Assembly (NCBI GenBank): GCA_016748015.1
Contig: JAAOMT010000144.1
Location: forward strand, 5,809-69,808
Source: Geosiphon pyriformis uo1
Taxonomy: Eukaryota > Fungi > Glomeromycota
Direction of reading: 5' to 3'
DNA: 64,000 bases
Shown: piece after piece, positions 1 to 12,381 of the stretch
Position numbering within the stretch: position 1 is the stretch's first letter
Layout: every line of letters begins with the position of its first letter
The notes under the pieces: model-generated
The model's database searches: none
Seen by the model: only the letters and a program-made list of their open reading frames with translations
Told to the model about the DNA's origin: nothing
Position numbers and translations under genes: made by a program

Positions 1-694
1 TTTTTTTTTTAAATGTCAATAATGTTTCAATAAATAATTGTATATTTAATATTTTTTGCTTAAGTGAGTGTAGCTCTACTATTATCTACTAATATAGTTA
101 TGTAAATATTAAAAGTAAATGTTACTTGCACATTTTTCTATGCATAATTACCATCTGAACAGTTAAAATTACATTATATTACATTAAGCATTTTTATGCT
201 AATTCTGATACCAAAAAGTATTTTTGGTATTTGTAAAAAATATTTATTATTTTTATAACAAAGCAATTTAATTATTCATTTTAATTTTTTAAAATAAAAT
301 CTTTAAAAATGGTTTAAGATTATAAATTGCCAGTTTTATGTAAATGCTAAATATTAAGTTTTTTATAAAATACCTTATCACTTTTGATGTATTATATCAT
401 TTAAACCATTTCAAAAATTTCCTGCATTATATTAAAGCACTACAACAGGATGATCCCGCTTTTAATGCAGGATTCCATCATTATCACACGCGTTCTCAAA
501 ATCTGGCTTCGCTTTGCCTAGTTTTACTTAAATTACTTGGTATATCGCATTTTTATCACCATAAAGTGTTCTATAAACTATTAAATATAAGGTATCACTT
601 TAACCATAGATATAAAACTTTTAAATTGCTGCCAAGCATGATATTTTTACAACTTACTTTCCCATATTAACCCAAAGCTCCTCGATTTCGAAAT

Positions 695-2311
695 ATGATT
701 TCCCTGCCACCATCGGCCTCGGCTTTTCCATCTGAATTAAAAGGCCTTTTAAAAGAAATTGTGCCAAAAGTAAATATAGAAACAATTTTTGGTTCTAATA
801 TTGAAGATATGTCTTCAGAAACAGATAAAGAAAAAAATAAAACAGTAAAATTGCGAAAACCACTTCCCGATATTCAAACGTATTATGGCGTAAAATTCCA
901 ATATGGTGTCCCAGTGACAACCGAGTATTTTGACTTTCCACAGAATCAAACCGCTTCAGACTTAAATTTTTCCGGAACCTTTGATCCACATAATTCCACA
1001 AGATGGTGTCGATTTGATTCCACGAAACGTGAATTTTCGGGAACGCCATTACGAGAAGCTGTGAAAAATACTACTGTTAGTTTGAATATAGAAGGTCCAG
1101 GAAGAGGAATAGCACAAACCTTTATGCATATTATTGTTTCTGAACCACCAAATGGAGTTCTTGTTGGGAATTATGGATTGTCGAAAAAAGCCAAATTTAT
1201 TATAGGCGTGTCGACATCTTTGTTTGGAGTAGTTTTGATTGGAATTATAGTAAGGCTGCTGATTAAAAGAAAACGAGTTCAAAAGCGAAAGGAATCGTTA
1301 CAACGAGATATAGAAAATTCAGACTCTATGAGTCATGCCCATCCACCTCCAGTGAATACAATGGACAATTTGAGCAACAATTTAGCTAATTCCAGTGAAC
1401 TTTATGCCCCAATCACTAATCGCCATTCTCTTTTTGATCGAAGGCGAGAACACGTTAACACTTATGCTAACAATATCCCAACAAGTCCAAAAGTTGTTGA
1501 TCCAGACGAACGCTCTTCTATTCTTAGCACCATAGAAACAAAGAGCACGTACAAAAATTCCAGGCCAAGTTCATTATATTCTGCGAATTCTTTTAAAATA
1601 ATTAGTCAATCAGGATGTAGCTTAGGCCGTTCGATTCCGACCAAATTTGCTACTCTTCATCTTCCAAATGATGTTGTTTCAACATTCGGGGGATACCAGA
1701 CAAAAAAAGACGAAGCCGCAAGTGTCAGTGGTTCTGAAAGTTTACCGGAAGATCAAAAACAATCTTTGTTGACCGAAGAAATTCTTCGGGAATTGCGTCC
1801 GCCCTTGAGTTATAACTTCAACTACAAAAATAGCTTCGGTCTCGATAAAAATGAAGTACTAAATACAAATCGTGCATCTTTTGCTTCGTCTAGAGATTCG
1901 GAACATACTCTCAAGGCTTATCCTCCACAAGACACAGTAAAAGTAATAGAAGCTCAAATCAGAGAACCATTGCAATATCATGTGAGACTAGCCGAAAAGC
2001 GCGCACGAAAAGAATTGAAAGCTGTTTTAGGAGCTAACAATGAACCTTTACCTTCCTGGCTTCACTTTGGGAAACAACGACCTAATCTTTGGGGAGTACC
2101 CATGACTTTTGATACTGGAAAATTTCACGTTAAAATCTTTGAGTATGTAGCCGATTCAAGAAATGAAGATAATGATAGAATTGCAAGTGGTCTTGGAATT
2201 AAGTTGCCACCTGTTATGAATGAGCTAGATTGGCGGCTAGTTGATGAAATCATAATATGGGTAAAAGATGATGAGGGTTCAGGATCGATAGACTCGGAAA
2301 TTCTAATGTAA
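695..2311 (+). CDS. Axl2-like single-pass membrane protein with cadherin-like/He_PIG (CADG) domains
   Basis: 538-aa ORF. 'WCRFDSTKREFSGTP' matches the W-x-x-FD...FSGTP CADG/He_PIG signature. It is followed by a TM helix (FIIGVSTSLFGVVLIGIIVRLLI) and a KRKR stop-transfer, a Ser-rich tail, and a second 'LPSWLHF...LWGVP' CADG-like unit near the C-terminus. No clear signal peptide, so the true 5' end may include an upstream exon (possible donor ~540, acceptor ~677). Confidence 0.65.
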   Translation: MISLPPSASAFPSELKGLLKEIVPKVNIETIFGSNIEDMSSETDKEKNKTVKLRKPLPDIQTYYGVKFQYGVPVTTEYFDFPQNQTASDLNFSGTFDPHNSTRWCRFDSTKREFSGTPLREAVKNTTVSLNIEGPGRGIAQTFMHIIVSEPPNGVLVGNYGLSKKAKFIIGVSTSLFGVVLIGIIVRLLIKRKRVQKRKESLQRDIENSDSMSHAHPPPVNTMDNLSNNLANSSELYAPITNRHSLFDRRREHVNTYANNIPTSPKVVDPDERSSILSTIETKSTYKNSRPSSLYSANSFKIISQSGCSLGRSIPTKFATLHLPNDVVSTFGGYQTKKDEAASVSGSESLPEDQKQSLLTEEILRELRPPLSYNFNYKNSFGLDKNEVLNTNRASFASSRDSEHTLKAYPPQDTVKVIEAQIREPLQYHVRLAEKRARKELKAVLGANNEPLPSWLHFGKQRPNLWGVPMTFDTGKFHVKIFEYVADSRNEDNDRIASGLGIKLPPVMNELDWRLVDEIIIWVKDDEGSGSIDSEILM

Positions 2312-3416
2312 CAAGCCCTCTTCTCATGAAATTTTCCTGTAATTAAACATTATTTATTATTAAATTGCAATTTTTCGAATTAATCATAGATCTTGAAATT
2401 ATATTTAGCGTCATTTACTCTGAAAATAGCTCTGAGATTGAAGAGTGACTAGTTTGCGTTTTCCTTCGTGCTTAATGATTTACGGTATAGCTAAGGACCT
2501 TTTCATTGAAAGTGTTCAAAGCATGAGTCTTAATCTCTGGCTTAATCGCTGCCTTTTCTCGAATCATTATATTTAATTGACTAGAAGCAAAGTATTCATT
2601 TCCAGTTTACACTTTAAAAAAAAACAATATATAAATTTTTTGCACTTTCTTCAAAAAATTAAGGTTTTTATTTATAGAATGAAATATTTCTTGCAAGATT
2701 TTTCTTTTAGAATGACAAAAAAAAGTTTCAGAAATCAGCAACTAATGTTTACCCAAATAATTCAATGCTATTACAAAAAATAAATTGGTAAGAATATTTG
2801 TCTTTTGGTGATAAATAAAAAAATAAAAAAAATTTATACACATTATGCAAAAAATTTTTTTTTGAGGGTCTAACATTTTTAGTGTTTATAAGAATTCCCA
2901 TCAAATGTGATACTATTTCTAATATCATTGTTCATTTTTAGCCTTTTAAAATAATATTAAAATTCAAAAAATTAATTGTTTCAAAACTTAATCAAAACTT
3001 TCAAAGCTGGAATTTTTTTTTTTAACTTTATCTCAATTAGAGCTTTTGATATATGTAAGAAAGCTTATAAGACAATTAGTAACCTTTTTTTTCTTTGGAC
3101 AAGGGAAATGGGTAACTCCTTCTAGAAATACTGGCATCTGTTCGAAACCGCTTTATTTCTTAGAGAAATTTTTCTATACTTTGAAGTGTAACATAGTCAA
3201 AGAATCCTAAAAATAATTTTTATATTTCTCTCATATTTTCACTTTTTATAAATTAATGATATTATAAATTATTTTAAAGCTGGGTAATAATGGGCTCTAT
3301 CACAAAAAAGCTTTCAATTTATTCTCAAAGTGATAAGATAAAACCAATAATTTGATCAAAATCTTTTTGGTTTATAAATGTATTTTAAACCTTACAAATT
3401 CCTTTAAACCAGCCAA

Positions 3417-4904
3417 TTAATTTGTAGTCTTTTTATATTTTTTTGAACAATCTTTCATGAAAATTCCAAAGTACGGTCCATACATAGCATTATGTAGTGA
3501 AGTCTCTGCAGTAGCGGCAGAATTGGCACAGGACTAAAAATTTTAAGCATCTCTAATGATGTTCTTGAATGAAGTTAAAGAATAACAGAAATGGAAAATT
3601 TTAAACCAGCCTTTTCTCTTACCTGACTCTCTTTCCAAAACAAATCATTAGGACATTCAACCAATTCTTTCTCAAATCCGATCCAATACTCTGCGTCATG
3701 GTGTAAGAAGTTAAATGGTGGCCAATAAATTGGGAAATGTACCACAGGATCGTTAGTATGCGTAATTCGATAAATCCTGAGTCGTTTTTGTTCGATAAAA
3801 CCTCTTATGTATTCTGAAAATCCTGAGTCACCCATGCGTGGTTGACCAAAAGTAAAAACTGTGATATTTGAGGAAGGAACCTTTTCCAGATAATGAAGAG
3901 CTGAGAAGACTGCATAAACTAAATTAAAAAAAATTGTAGATTAATGTATAAATATTAAAAACGCCAATAAAATCACGATCAGCTTGAAGTGTTTATTACC
4001 ACCACCAATACTATGTCCAGTAAAACACACGTGAAAGGAATAATGCCGTAAACTTTGTTTTCTGACCTCTTGATACATTTTATCAGCTCCAAGTATAAAA
4101 GTTTGATACATGTCTCTATGAACATTCGCTTTCGTTCCCGATTTATAGTTTATCAATTCGGGTAACAATAGATATCGTACTTGATTCCAATGAGTTTCAC
4201 CCTTAAAATATAAAACGACTTCCTTATTTGTTTTATCAATAATTGATCCGACTAAAGATAGAGATAAAATGAAAAAAAGACAAAAATAGTCGGCGAAAAA
4301 ACAAGTTCTAATCTTTACCATGAAACCAGGATTGACGAGACAGTTTAGTTGTTACTCTATTGCCACAGTACGCAAGATTGGCATGTGCTGCAAATCTTTG
4401 AAAACTGGTAATTAAATTTTTATCATTTACATCAATCCTAAAAAATATTCTTCCAATTCCAAAGGGTCTTAAACGTACTCCTGGCTCAAGTTGGGATATG
4501 AAAATTTCATTATTTTGATTGGTGCCAGTCAACTCTGTATTAGATTCAGAAATTTTAATCGACTTCGAAAAATCATTCAAATCCTGCTCAGCTTCGTTTG
4601 AAACCAAAATATTTTCCCCATCATCCTGCGATAACTCGGTAAAATCTTTAAAGGGGATGAGATTTAAATTCAAAGAAATATCCGCTTGCCCTTGATCAGT
4701 ATCTTCAACAAAACCTTTTTTGTTTTCAATCAGGAAATCCTTGTTGAATTCAAATGATGGGTCTGATGAATGAACAATGAGATCCGAAGGCAGGTTTGGA
4801 CGGGCTATTACAAAATTTAATCGGATCAGACATATTTTTAACATGAGAAATTTTAAAAATGTCCACCAGATCCCGTATTTTTTTATAAAATTAAACAACA
4901 GCAT
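3417..4904 (-). CDS. Class 3 lipase-like secreted/membrane-anchored protein (lipase A), 4 exons
   Basis: Exons about 4904-4319, 4251-4000, 3918-3623, 3533-3417 with GT-AG introns. Motifs: hydrophobic N-terminus, 'AAHANLAYC', 'VVLYFKG', nucleophile elbow 'TGHSIGG', 'TFGQPRMGD', 'RITHTNDPVVHFP', 'HHDAEYW', C-terminal 'MYGPYFG'. Confidence 0.85.
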
Positions 4905-5921
4905 CGGAATTCAAGTTGAAGCTTTAGAAAGCATGTAAAATATATATTGCCGAGATTTTACTGATGTCTATATACATTTACCTATTTGTAACATGTTGTT
5001 TGCTGTTTTTAATGTTTGAAAATGGTTCAAACGAGGAAACAGAATAACATCATGTAAATCGGTCAAATAAATTTTAGTTGTTCCGGTAAAAGTTGATAAA
5101 TAAGAATATCTTTTATAAAAACTAAAGTGGATCAGTTGCTAATTTTTTAATTCCTGAATTTTAAAAATTTAATAACTAACCATTTCTCAAAAAAGAACCA
5201 CAAAAAAATTTAGTAGACAACACAGTTTAAAAGTACAGAAGATAATTTTAGTATTTCTATTCCTTTTAAATTTTCAGAGTTTTTATCCTAATATTTCGAT
5301 AGTTGATTAGTCTCTTCCTATGTTTAATTCATATGTAATATCGTTCCAAATTTTTAATGCTAAACCCCCCCCCCCCCTATAAAAATTAAATTTTTCATGT
5401 GCAACACTTTTGATATAGTTCCTCTCATATATAAATATATATTTCCTACCATTCCTTTTTTTTAAAAATTTCTCCTAACAAAAAGGTCATTGTGTGCATA
5501 CATATGAAGGAAACTCGTTCATATTTTTTCATGGTCATAAAATTTTTCTACTAAATTCCTACAAGCATTTATTATTGATTTTTTAAAACATGTTGTTATG
5601 TTTTTGCAATCAATATCTCATTGAAAAGAAAGAATTAAAGTCAGAGGGGACATTATTTGAAAGTTTATATTAAATAATTCTTCTAATATATTTTTTCAAG
5701 GATATATATCCAATCTAATCGTTAACTTTTGAAACAAAATTTTATTGATTGTAAATACAATGTTGAATTACTGCTTCTTAAATTTTTGTCAACTTCTATT
5801 AAAAATTCTCAATATTAAGAATTATTGTATAACTGAATAAAATTAAGATTTAATTAAGAGGTATCAAAAGAAAACATGAAACTGGTTTGACTTACAAATA
5901 GTTGCAAAGCTGATGAAACTT

Positions 5922-7089
5922 TTATTTTTGAATTGTATTTAATCCCATTATTTCACCAAAATACGGTCCCCGATGAATTTTTTCATTCAATTCCCTTTGT
6001 ACTGGATATTTTTCCCTTGCATGAGCATTACAGTCCTTTGAGAATAATAAAATTTAAAAAGTCAGATACTTATTCTTTGTTTAAATGTATATATAGTAGA
6101 TTTTTTCAAAAAGCCCTTTAATTTAAACATACCGGATGTTCTCCTAAATTTTTTGTAAAACATTTAAACACAATCGGGAGATTTTCTTTACAGTCGCATT
6201 GATTTTGTTCCGGGAGCCAATACTCAATTTGATGATGGAGAAACTCTGATTCGATTGGAAATTGTGGAAATAAGTCACCGGCATGTGTAACTCGATAGAT
6301 GTCAAGATAATTGTTAATCAATTTAGAAAAGCTTTCGTCCCCAATTTTTGGTTGTCCAAAGGTGACTACTTTTGGTCGAGTGGGAGAGTAATTCTGGGCA
6401 AAAAAGATGGCAAAAATAACGGCTATTGCTGATTTTTATTTTGTAATACAAGTGAAGAATCTAAGTTTGTGAGCATGAAATTAAGTAAAACAAAAAAATT
6501 GACAATTTTTTTTGAAAAACTAACCACCACCAATGCCAAAGCCAGTGAAAACAAATTCAGAAATCTTTGTTTCAGAAAAATAAGGAATCAGAATTGCCTT
6601 AAAATTTTCCACTCCGTCTTTAAACAATTTTTTCAATCCAAGCGATACACGAGAATTCTTGAAAGGACCGGTGACCAATTTTGAATATTTCCATCCAGAT
6701 TTCCCCCATTCGAATATTGTCATTTCGGGACCTTTGAAGCCAAAGAATATTTTTTTTTTTGAATTGAATTCTATGGTTCTAATTTTGGGTCGGTATATGC
6801 TAACTGATGCCAAGCCAATCATGGAGAATCAGAGTGTGCAGCTAAAACCTCGGTTGAAAATTTTTTCAAAAATATTACCAAATACATCCTTTGAGATTTT
6901 ATTAGGTTTCTTTAATAACTGTGATATTCTCGCAGCTTGAATTGCACTGGAGTGCATCATACTTAGGATTGGATGATCTCTCACTAGTAATGGTGGCAAA
7001 ATTCCATAATTTATATTTGGAGTTTTTTCCAAATCTTTTCCTCTATTTCTTTTCGAATAGAAGCCCAATTTATTTTGATTATTATTTTG

Positions 7090-7139
<50 letters not shown>

Positions 7140-7323
7140 GCTCCGTTGAGTTATAATGAGACTTCTCATAACTGATTTTTGACGAAACCTTTGGGCCGCA
7201 GTATTTTTGAAAAAATTTTCTCTGTGAAATGTTCATTAGTATGAGAAAGAAAAGAAATAATATAGTGAGAAAAACTGAAAGACGAAAAGATTTTGGTAGT
7301 TTCAAGAAATTTATATACGACAT
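5922..7323 (-). CDS. Class 3 lipase-like protein (lipase B) lacking the nucleophile Ser; poly-Asn linker; 4 exons
   Basis: Exons about 7323-6879, 6803-6525, 6428-6132, 6035-5922, with the same intron positions and phases as lipase A. N-terminal TM segment, (AAT)n poly-Asn, 'TGFGIGG' in place of GHSxGG, 'TFGQPKIGD', 'RVTHAGDLFPQFP', 'HHQIEYW', 'IHRGPYFG'. Confidence 0.8.
7080..7138. repeat. (ATT)n microsatellite encoding poly-Asn in lipase B
   Basis: Run of tta/att triplets, read as AAT on the minus strand within exon 1. Confidence 0.9.
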
Positions 7324-8215
7324 GTTCAGATATACATAATTGTGGCTACCAAACCAATAATTTATGTTTCTAAACGATGAGTTTGTTCTTTGGTTCAAAA
7401 GTTGAGTAGATTAAAATATTTGGAAGTTAAGAAGTTTGATATCTTCAATTTGATATATGATTCATGTAAGATGAATTATCCGAGTGGAATAAGCTATCAT
7501 AATATGGATTAGTCATTTGAAAAGATTAGCTTGAAACAAAATGTCAAACAATTCCAAAACCTAGGGATAATTAAAATTTATCATCGATTATCCTAAACAG
7601 AAGTTTCAAAGACAAAATAATTAGATGGTAAATATTTTTGTTATTCAAACTTTTTTTTAATTATATCTCAAAGTATTATTCCTAATAATTCAGAAAGGCA
7701 ATCATAATGAATTTTGAAGAAAATAATTTTTCGCATTTCAACTTTATATCAACAAATTTCAACTTGGAAAATTGAAAATTGCAGAATTTTCATATTTTTA
7801 ATAGTAATTAAAAAGCAGAGGTTTATATAATTGAAAAAAAAGTCGTATTTCATAATAGTTAATAGCTTTTTTTATACCATTTAAATTTTTTCTTTCTTTT
7901 TAAAAGAAAAACATTCTCAATGATTTATGCTTTTAAATTTTTAAAGTAGACAAAGAACTTTTAGTAAAAATGAAGTTGTATTCAATTAATAATTCTTGAA
8001 AAAGTAGTTTTATTTCAAATAATTGTTCATTGTATTGATAATTGATTAAAAATATTTTGGTTAATCCAAATAACACATTGAATGCTAAGGAGTCTATATG
8101 AAAAATTGAAAGTAAAGTAATGAGATGAAGTTGTGAAACATGTTGGTTAAGTGAGGGTGTTCGAGAATTGATTGATAGTTAATGTCAGATATTTTACTTT
8201 TAAAAATGATGGATT

Positions 8216-8755
8216 TTAAGAACTTTGAATATTAAACGATAAACTGAAATTGTAAAAGCATAAGTAGAATATTAGATTAGGATCGTTTCAAATTTTGTAA
8301 CATATCTTCAAACCAAAAAAAAAAAAAAAAAAAAAAACTACTTTTCTCACCTTTGAGTAGTACAATGTGGTCCTTCTTCGGTGATACCCCAACTTCTAAG
8401 ATGGTACTGTGTTTCCTCACCATCCGGGATAATTCCTGTGGGAACTTTAAGCAAAATATCTTGTGATGCTTTTCCTTGGTCATCAAAATCAATTTTTCCA
8501 GACCATAGAAAGCTCAAAAATTGTTTGTCGCTATACAAATCTATCGAAACTATTTTAGACACTTTACTTTCACCTTTTTGAAATTCTACGGTGATACCTG
8601 TGTTGTCTAATTGATTTGATCCTTCAGCTGGTGAAATTATTTTAAACTCTAAATTTTGAGATAATTATTAAAATAAGGTTAAAGTGAAGAAAACCAAAAA
8701 TTCTCAATTTGTGAGGCCGATCTTTATTATTTACCTGTACATTTTGGATTAAAAA

Positions 8756-8797
<42 letters not shown>

Positions 8798-9044
8798 ATG
8801 ATTCAACTGGTATCGAGATGGAGGTATCATCAGTAGATGTTGAATCTATTTATAAAAAATTTTTATGTCAATAATTTAAAATGGAGGGAAGTGGAAGTAA
8901 AAATTCATATGACCATAAATTGTCATCATCAAATTTACCTTGTCTCTTTAAATTTAATTTGACTGGAACAGCATTTACAAGATTAAAAGAGATAATAAAA
9001 ATAAATGCAATGAAAAAATATGCGAAAAAAATTTTGGGAATCAT
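8216..9044 (-). CDS. Small secreted Ser/Thr-rich protein with C-terminal Ig-like beta domain (Kre9/Knh1 N-terminal-like), 4 exons
   Basis: Spliced by hand: MIPKIFFAYFFIAFIFIISFNLVNA-VPVKLNLKRQ | DSTSTDDTSISIPVESS(T)n IFNPKCT | EFKIISPAEGS...ITVEFQKG...IDLY...YHLRSWGITEEGPHCTTQ | SLSFNIQSS*. Signal peptide, KR site, poly-Thr from an (ACT)n repeat, two Cys, and an 'I.SP..G...S..F.I' pattern typical of fungal Ser/Thr-rich Ig-like domains. Not captured as one ORF by the track. Confidence 0.7.
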
Positions 9045-9899
9045 TTTTAATTATTATTTATAGAAAATCTTTGTTGATTATAAGTTGAACGTCCAAAAGT
9101 TTTGCTGAATAGCTTTATAATTTTGAAGATTTTATTTCACGATTAGGCTTTGACGAGTTGATGGAAAATTTGAAATTCTTTTAATAGAATGTTTAGTGAA
9201 GTTCTCAAACTCTTTGTTGAATTCTTAAAAAAATGAAGGTTTTTAAATTTTTTTTTAATACCCGTCTAGATGTTGAAGACACGGGTCTTTTTATATAGAT
9301 TTTGATTTTTAATCATCATATAAAATTTCAAGCTTGTGATCATAAGAAATTCTTTTTACTCTTAAAAAATAATAATAATAATAAAAAATAAAAAGTTAAT
9401 TCCTAGTATAAATTGAAGAGTACAAGTATCACCAAATATTTTGAGGAGTGAAAGAAATTCGCCGGAATTCAAAGAGTATAGCATAGATCCATTTGAAAAC
9501 AATATTTGACATCGATCAGTATATTTGTTTGCAAACAAACTTTTAGCCTATCAAAACATTCGCCCGTTTTTTTCTATCAAGTGAGGGTATGTTACTAATG
9601 GCTGATTGACATCTTTTTTCCATTCGGGTCTAGTTTTATAAATTACATTGTGATGTAAATAAAGATTAAATTGTAAATCGGTTTAACCTATTTGATAGAC
9701 AAACAAAGAGAATTTTTTTGATCTATCCTTTTCCCGACAAATGAAAAAAGTTCCGGAAGGGGTACAAACATATCATCTATAAAGTGATGACTTAATAAAC
9801 TATTTAAGTTTAAGTCTTAACTTGATTTAAATCATCTCTAAGTCTTCTATTGTTGTAAATGTGAACATAATTTAGGAAATTTCTATTCGGAAACTTTTC

Positions 9900-10450
9900 A
9901 TGGAAACGTCGATGATGATGATGATGATGATGATTATGATGATTATAATTATGATGATTATAATTATGATGATGATTATGATGATTATGATGATGATATT
10001 TTTGGAATATCGAAACCTATTAAAAGATGTAATCCTGTATCAGGATAATTTTCCCGAAATTGAGAGATTGCCATATGGACTTAAGATTGGTAGGTTTTAT
10101 ATATATCTTTTTCAAACTATCACCATTTTAAATTAATTTGATTTTAGCGAACAAAATAGTTATGGTTTTTGAAGGCATCAAAAATTTTTGTTCAAGTTTT
10201 AAATGTTAGGAGATAAAATAATAGTCTTATGTGTTTTCGGAAAAAATGAAAACCGTTTACAATCATGTTTCTGAATAATTTCTTGTTTAATCAAATTTCG
10301 AAGATAACAAAAACTTAATACTGTTAATTTTGATACTTCGAGCTAATACCTCTGGATTATTCCCCAATTTTAATAAAACTCCCATTTTCCCTTATTTTGG
10401 AAAACTTTAATCATTTTTAAAAGAACAAAAGAAACTTTAGATTATTAGAT
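9900..10450 (+). pseudogene. Possible decayed gene fragment following a (GAT/TAT)n repeat
   Basis: (GAT)n tract 9911-9996, then coding-like 'FLEYRNLLKDVILYQDNFPEIERLPYGLKIG', a GTAGG donor and a TTTTAG acceptor (~10148). The next exon contains stops. No family recognised. Confidence 0.25.
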
Positions 10451-11299
10451 CAAACCAAATAAAATAATTATAAACACAATTAAATGTTTAAATTCTTTAT
10501 ATTACTTACATTTACTAATCTTCCTATCTCAAATCACAAGTAAATTATTGGAGTTCTAAGAAATATTCAAAATATTATTTCGAAATTCATTTTTGATAAA
10601 CAATCTTTATTTCTTGCATTATAATTACTTTAATGAAGTATTTATAGACATTCATACGTCACTATAATGGGACAAATATAAATATAAATTTATTGAACAA
10701 TATTGAGCTCTTGAAAGGGGGATTAGGTGACAATTAGAATAAATTTAACAAAAGATTGCTCAAATGGAATTCTAAAAAGAAATATAAAAGATCTCCCGCG
10801 TAAAAAAGCAAATCTACTTTCAAAGAGTCTCAGAGAGGAAAGATGAAAAAATTATTGTTTACTTTTTTTTTTTGCAGGATCTACTAAAGAAACAAAAAAA
10901 AAGGAGGTTATTATGAATTTCGATTCTTGACAGATGTCAAAAGAAAATCCTTAATCTACCAATAGGTACTTTAACGTAATCTATCTCGGATCGCCTTAAA
11001 GAATTATCTCCTGTTAACAACAAGTTAGTGTAGTTTTTAGAACAAATTTGATCTCTTAAAATTTTTTTCTCTAAAGTACTAAATGCTTCATCGTGAGACT
11101 CTTTTTAGTATAGACAATAAAAGCGTCTGAAGCATTAATGGAACTTGAGATGATAAATCTCTCATGTATCTAGACAAAAATTATAACTTCATTGCAGTGT
11201 TTTCAGATTACACAAGGATAAAACAAATTAGGGGCTTCCGTATTTGGTTTAGGTTCGGTCACAAATTTTTGCTAATTCTTCTCTAAAATTGGATATTTG

Positions 11300-12350
11300 A
11301 AAAATATCCTATATAACTTTTACCAAACTAAAAATAGTATGAGTAAATTTAGAATTCAAAAATTCAAAAATAAAAATTAAATCATTTAAAATTATATAGA
11401 AATTAATAAATTTGGAATCGCATTTCAATTAAGTTTTAGACCATTATCTTGATTTTCATAAACAATTAGGATAACTTGCATTTTAAAAAATCTAAATTAT
11501 AGATTTGTAATGATTAATTTTTATCATCTATAAGTTGAAATAGTGAGATTAAAATCCAAAAATTTTCATTTTTAAAAGTCATATTTTTTATTTATAATAA
11601 TAAATAAATAAATAATATTTTTTATTTTTTTATTAATAGATTTTCATGGAAAATCAATTTTTAATTTTTTTTAAAATGACAAATTCAAATGACAAATTCA
11701 ATTCCACATCTAAAAAAAAAAATTTCTTATCTTATTATTCTAAATCAAATGGACAAAAATTTTTGTTTATTTTAAAGATGAATACTTAAATATTAATAAT
11801 TTAATTATCTTTAATTAGCAATTTCAAAACTTTTCATGAATTCTTTTTTTTTTCCTTGTTATATCACAACTTTTATTATAAAATATCTGATAGAAGTTTT
11901 CCCGACAGTAGGAAAATATTAAATTCTATTAAATTTATTTATATTAAAATTGAAGTAAATTTTTTTAAGATTAAAGCTTTAAATTATTCAATTGAAATTT
12001 GAAAATTCCTGAAAAAAAATTATGTTTAAAAATGTAATGATTATATTGTAAAAGATATTTTTTATATTAAAAGATTTTAAAGATAATAAAATATTTGTAT
12101 CAACCAAAAAGAATAATTTTTAAAAAGATTCATTAAATTTAACAAAAAACAATTAAGATTGTGTTTATAATTTAAAAAATATGGGATTAATATTTTAATA
12201 TTTTAAAAATTAATTTCTAATATATATTGAAAAATACAAAAATATTATTTTTTATTTTAAATAAATTTATAATTAAAAAATTGGTACAATTATTTTTATA
12301 ATAATCATAAATAATTATAACAAATATAAATATTTACAGCAGTTTTGGCA

Positions 12351-12381
<31 letters not shown>

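Noticed and set aside
6829-6831. Apparent in-frame TGA splitting lipase B (pseudogene or readthrough)
   Set aside because: It lies within a 75-nt GT-AG intron (6878-6804) at the same position and phase as lipase A intron 1.
9900-10000. Poly-Met/Ile ORF start
   Set aside because: A reading of a (GAT/TAT)n microsatellite.
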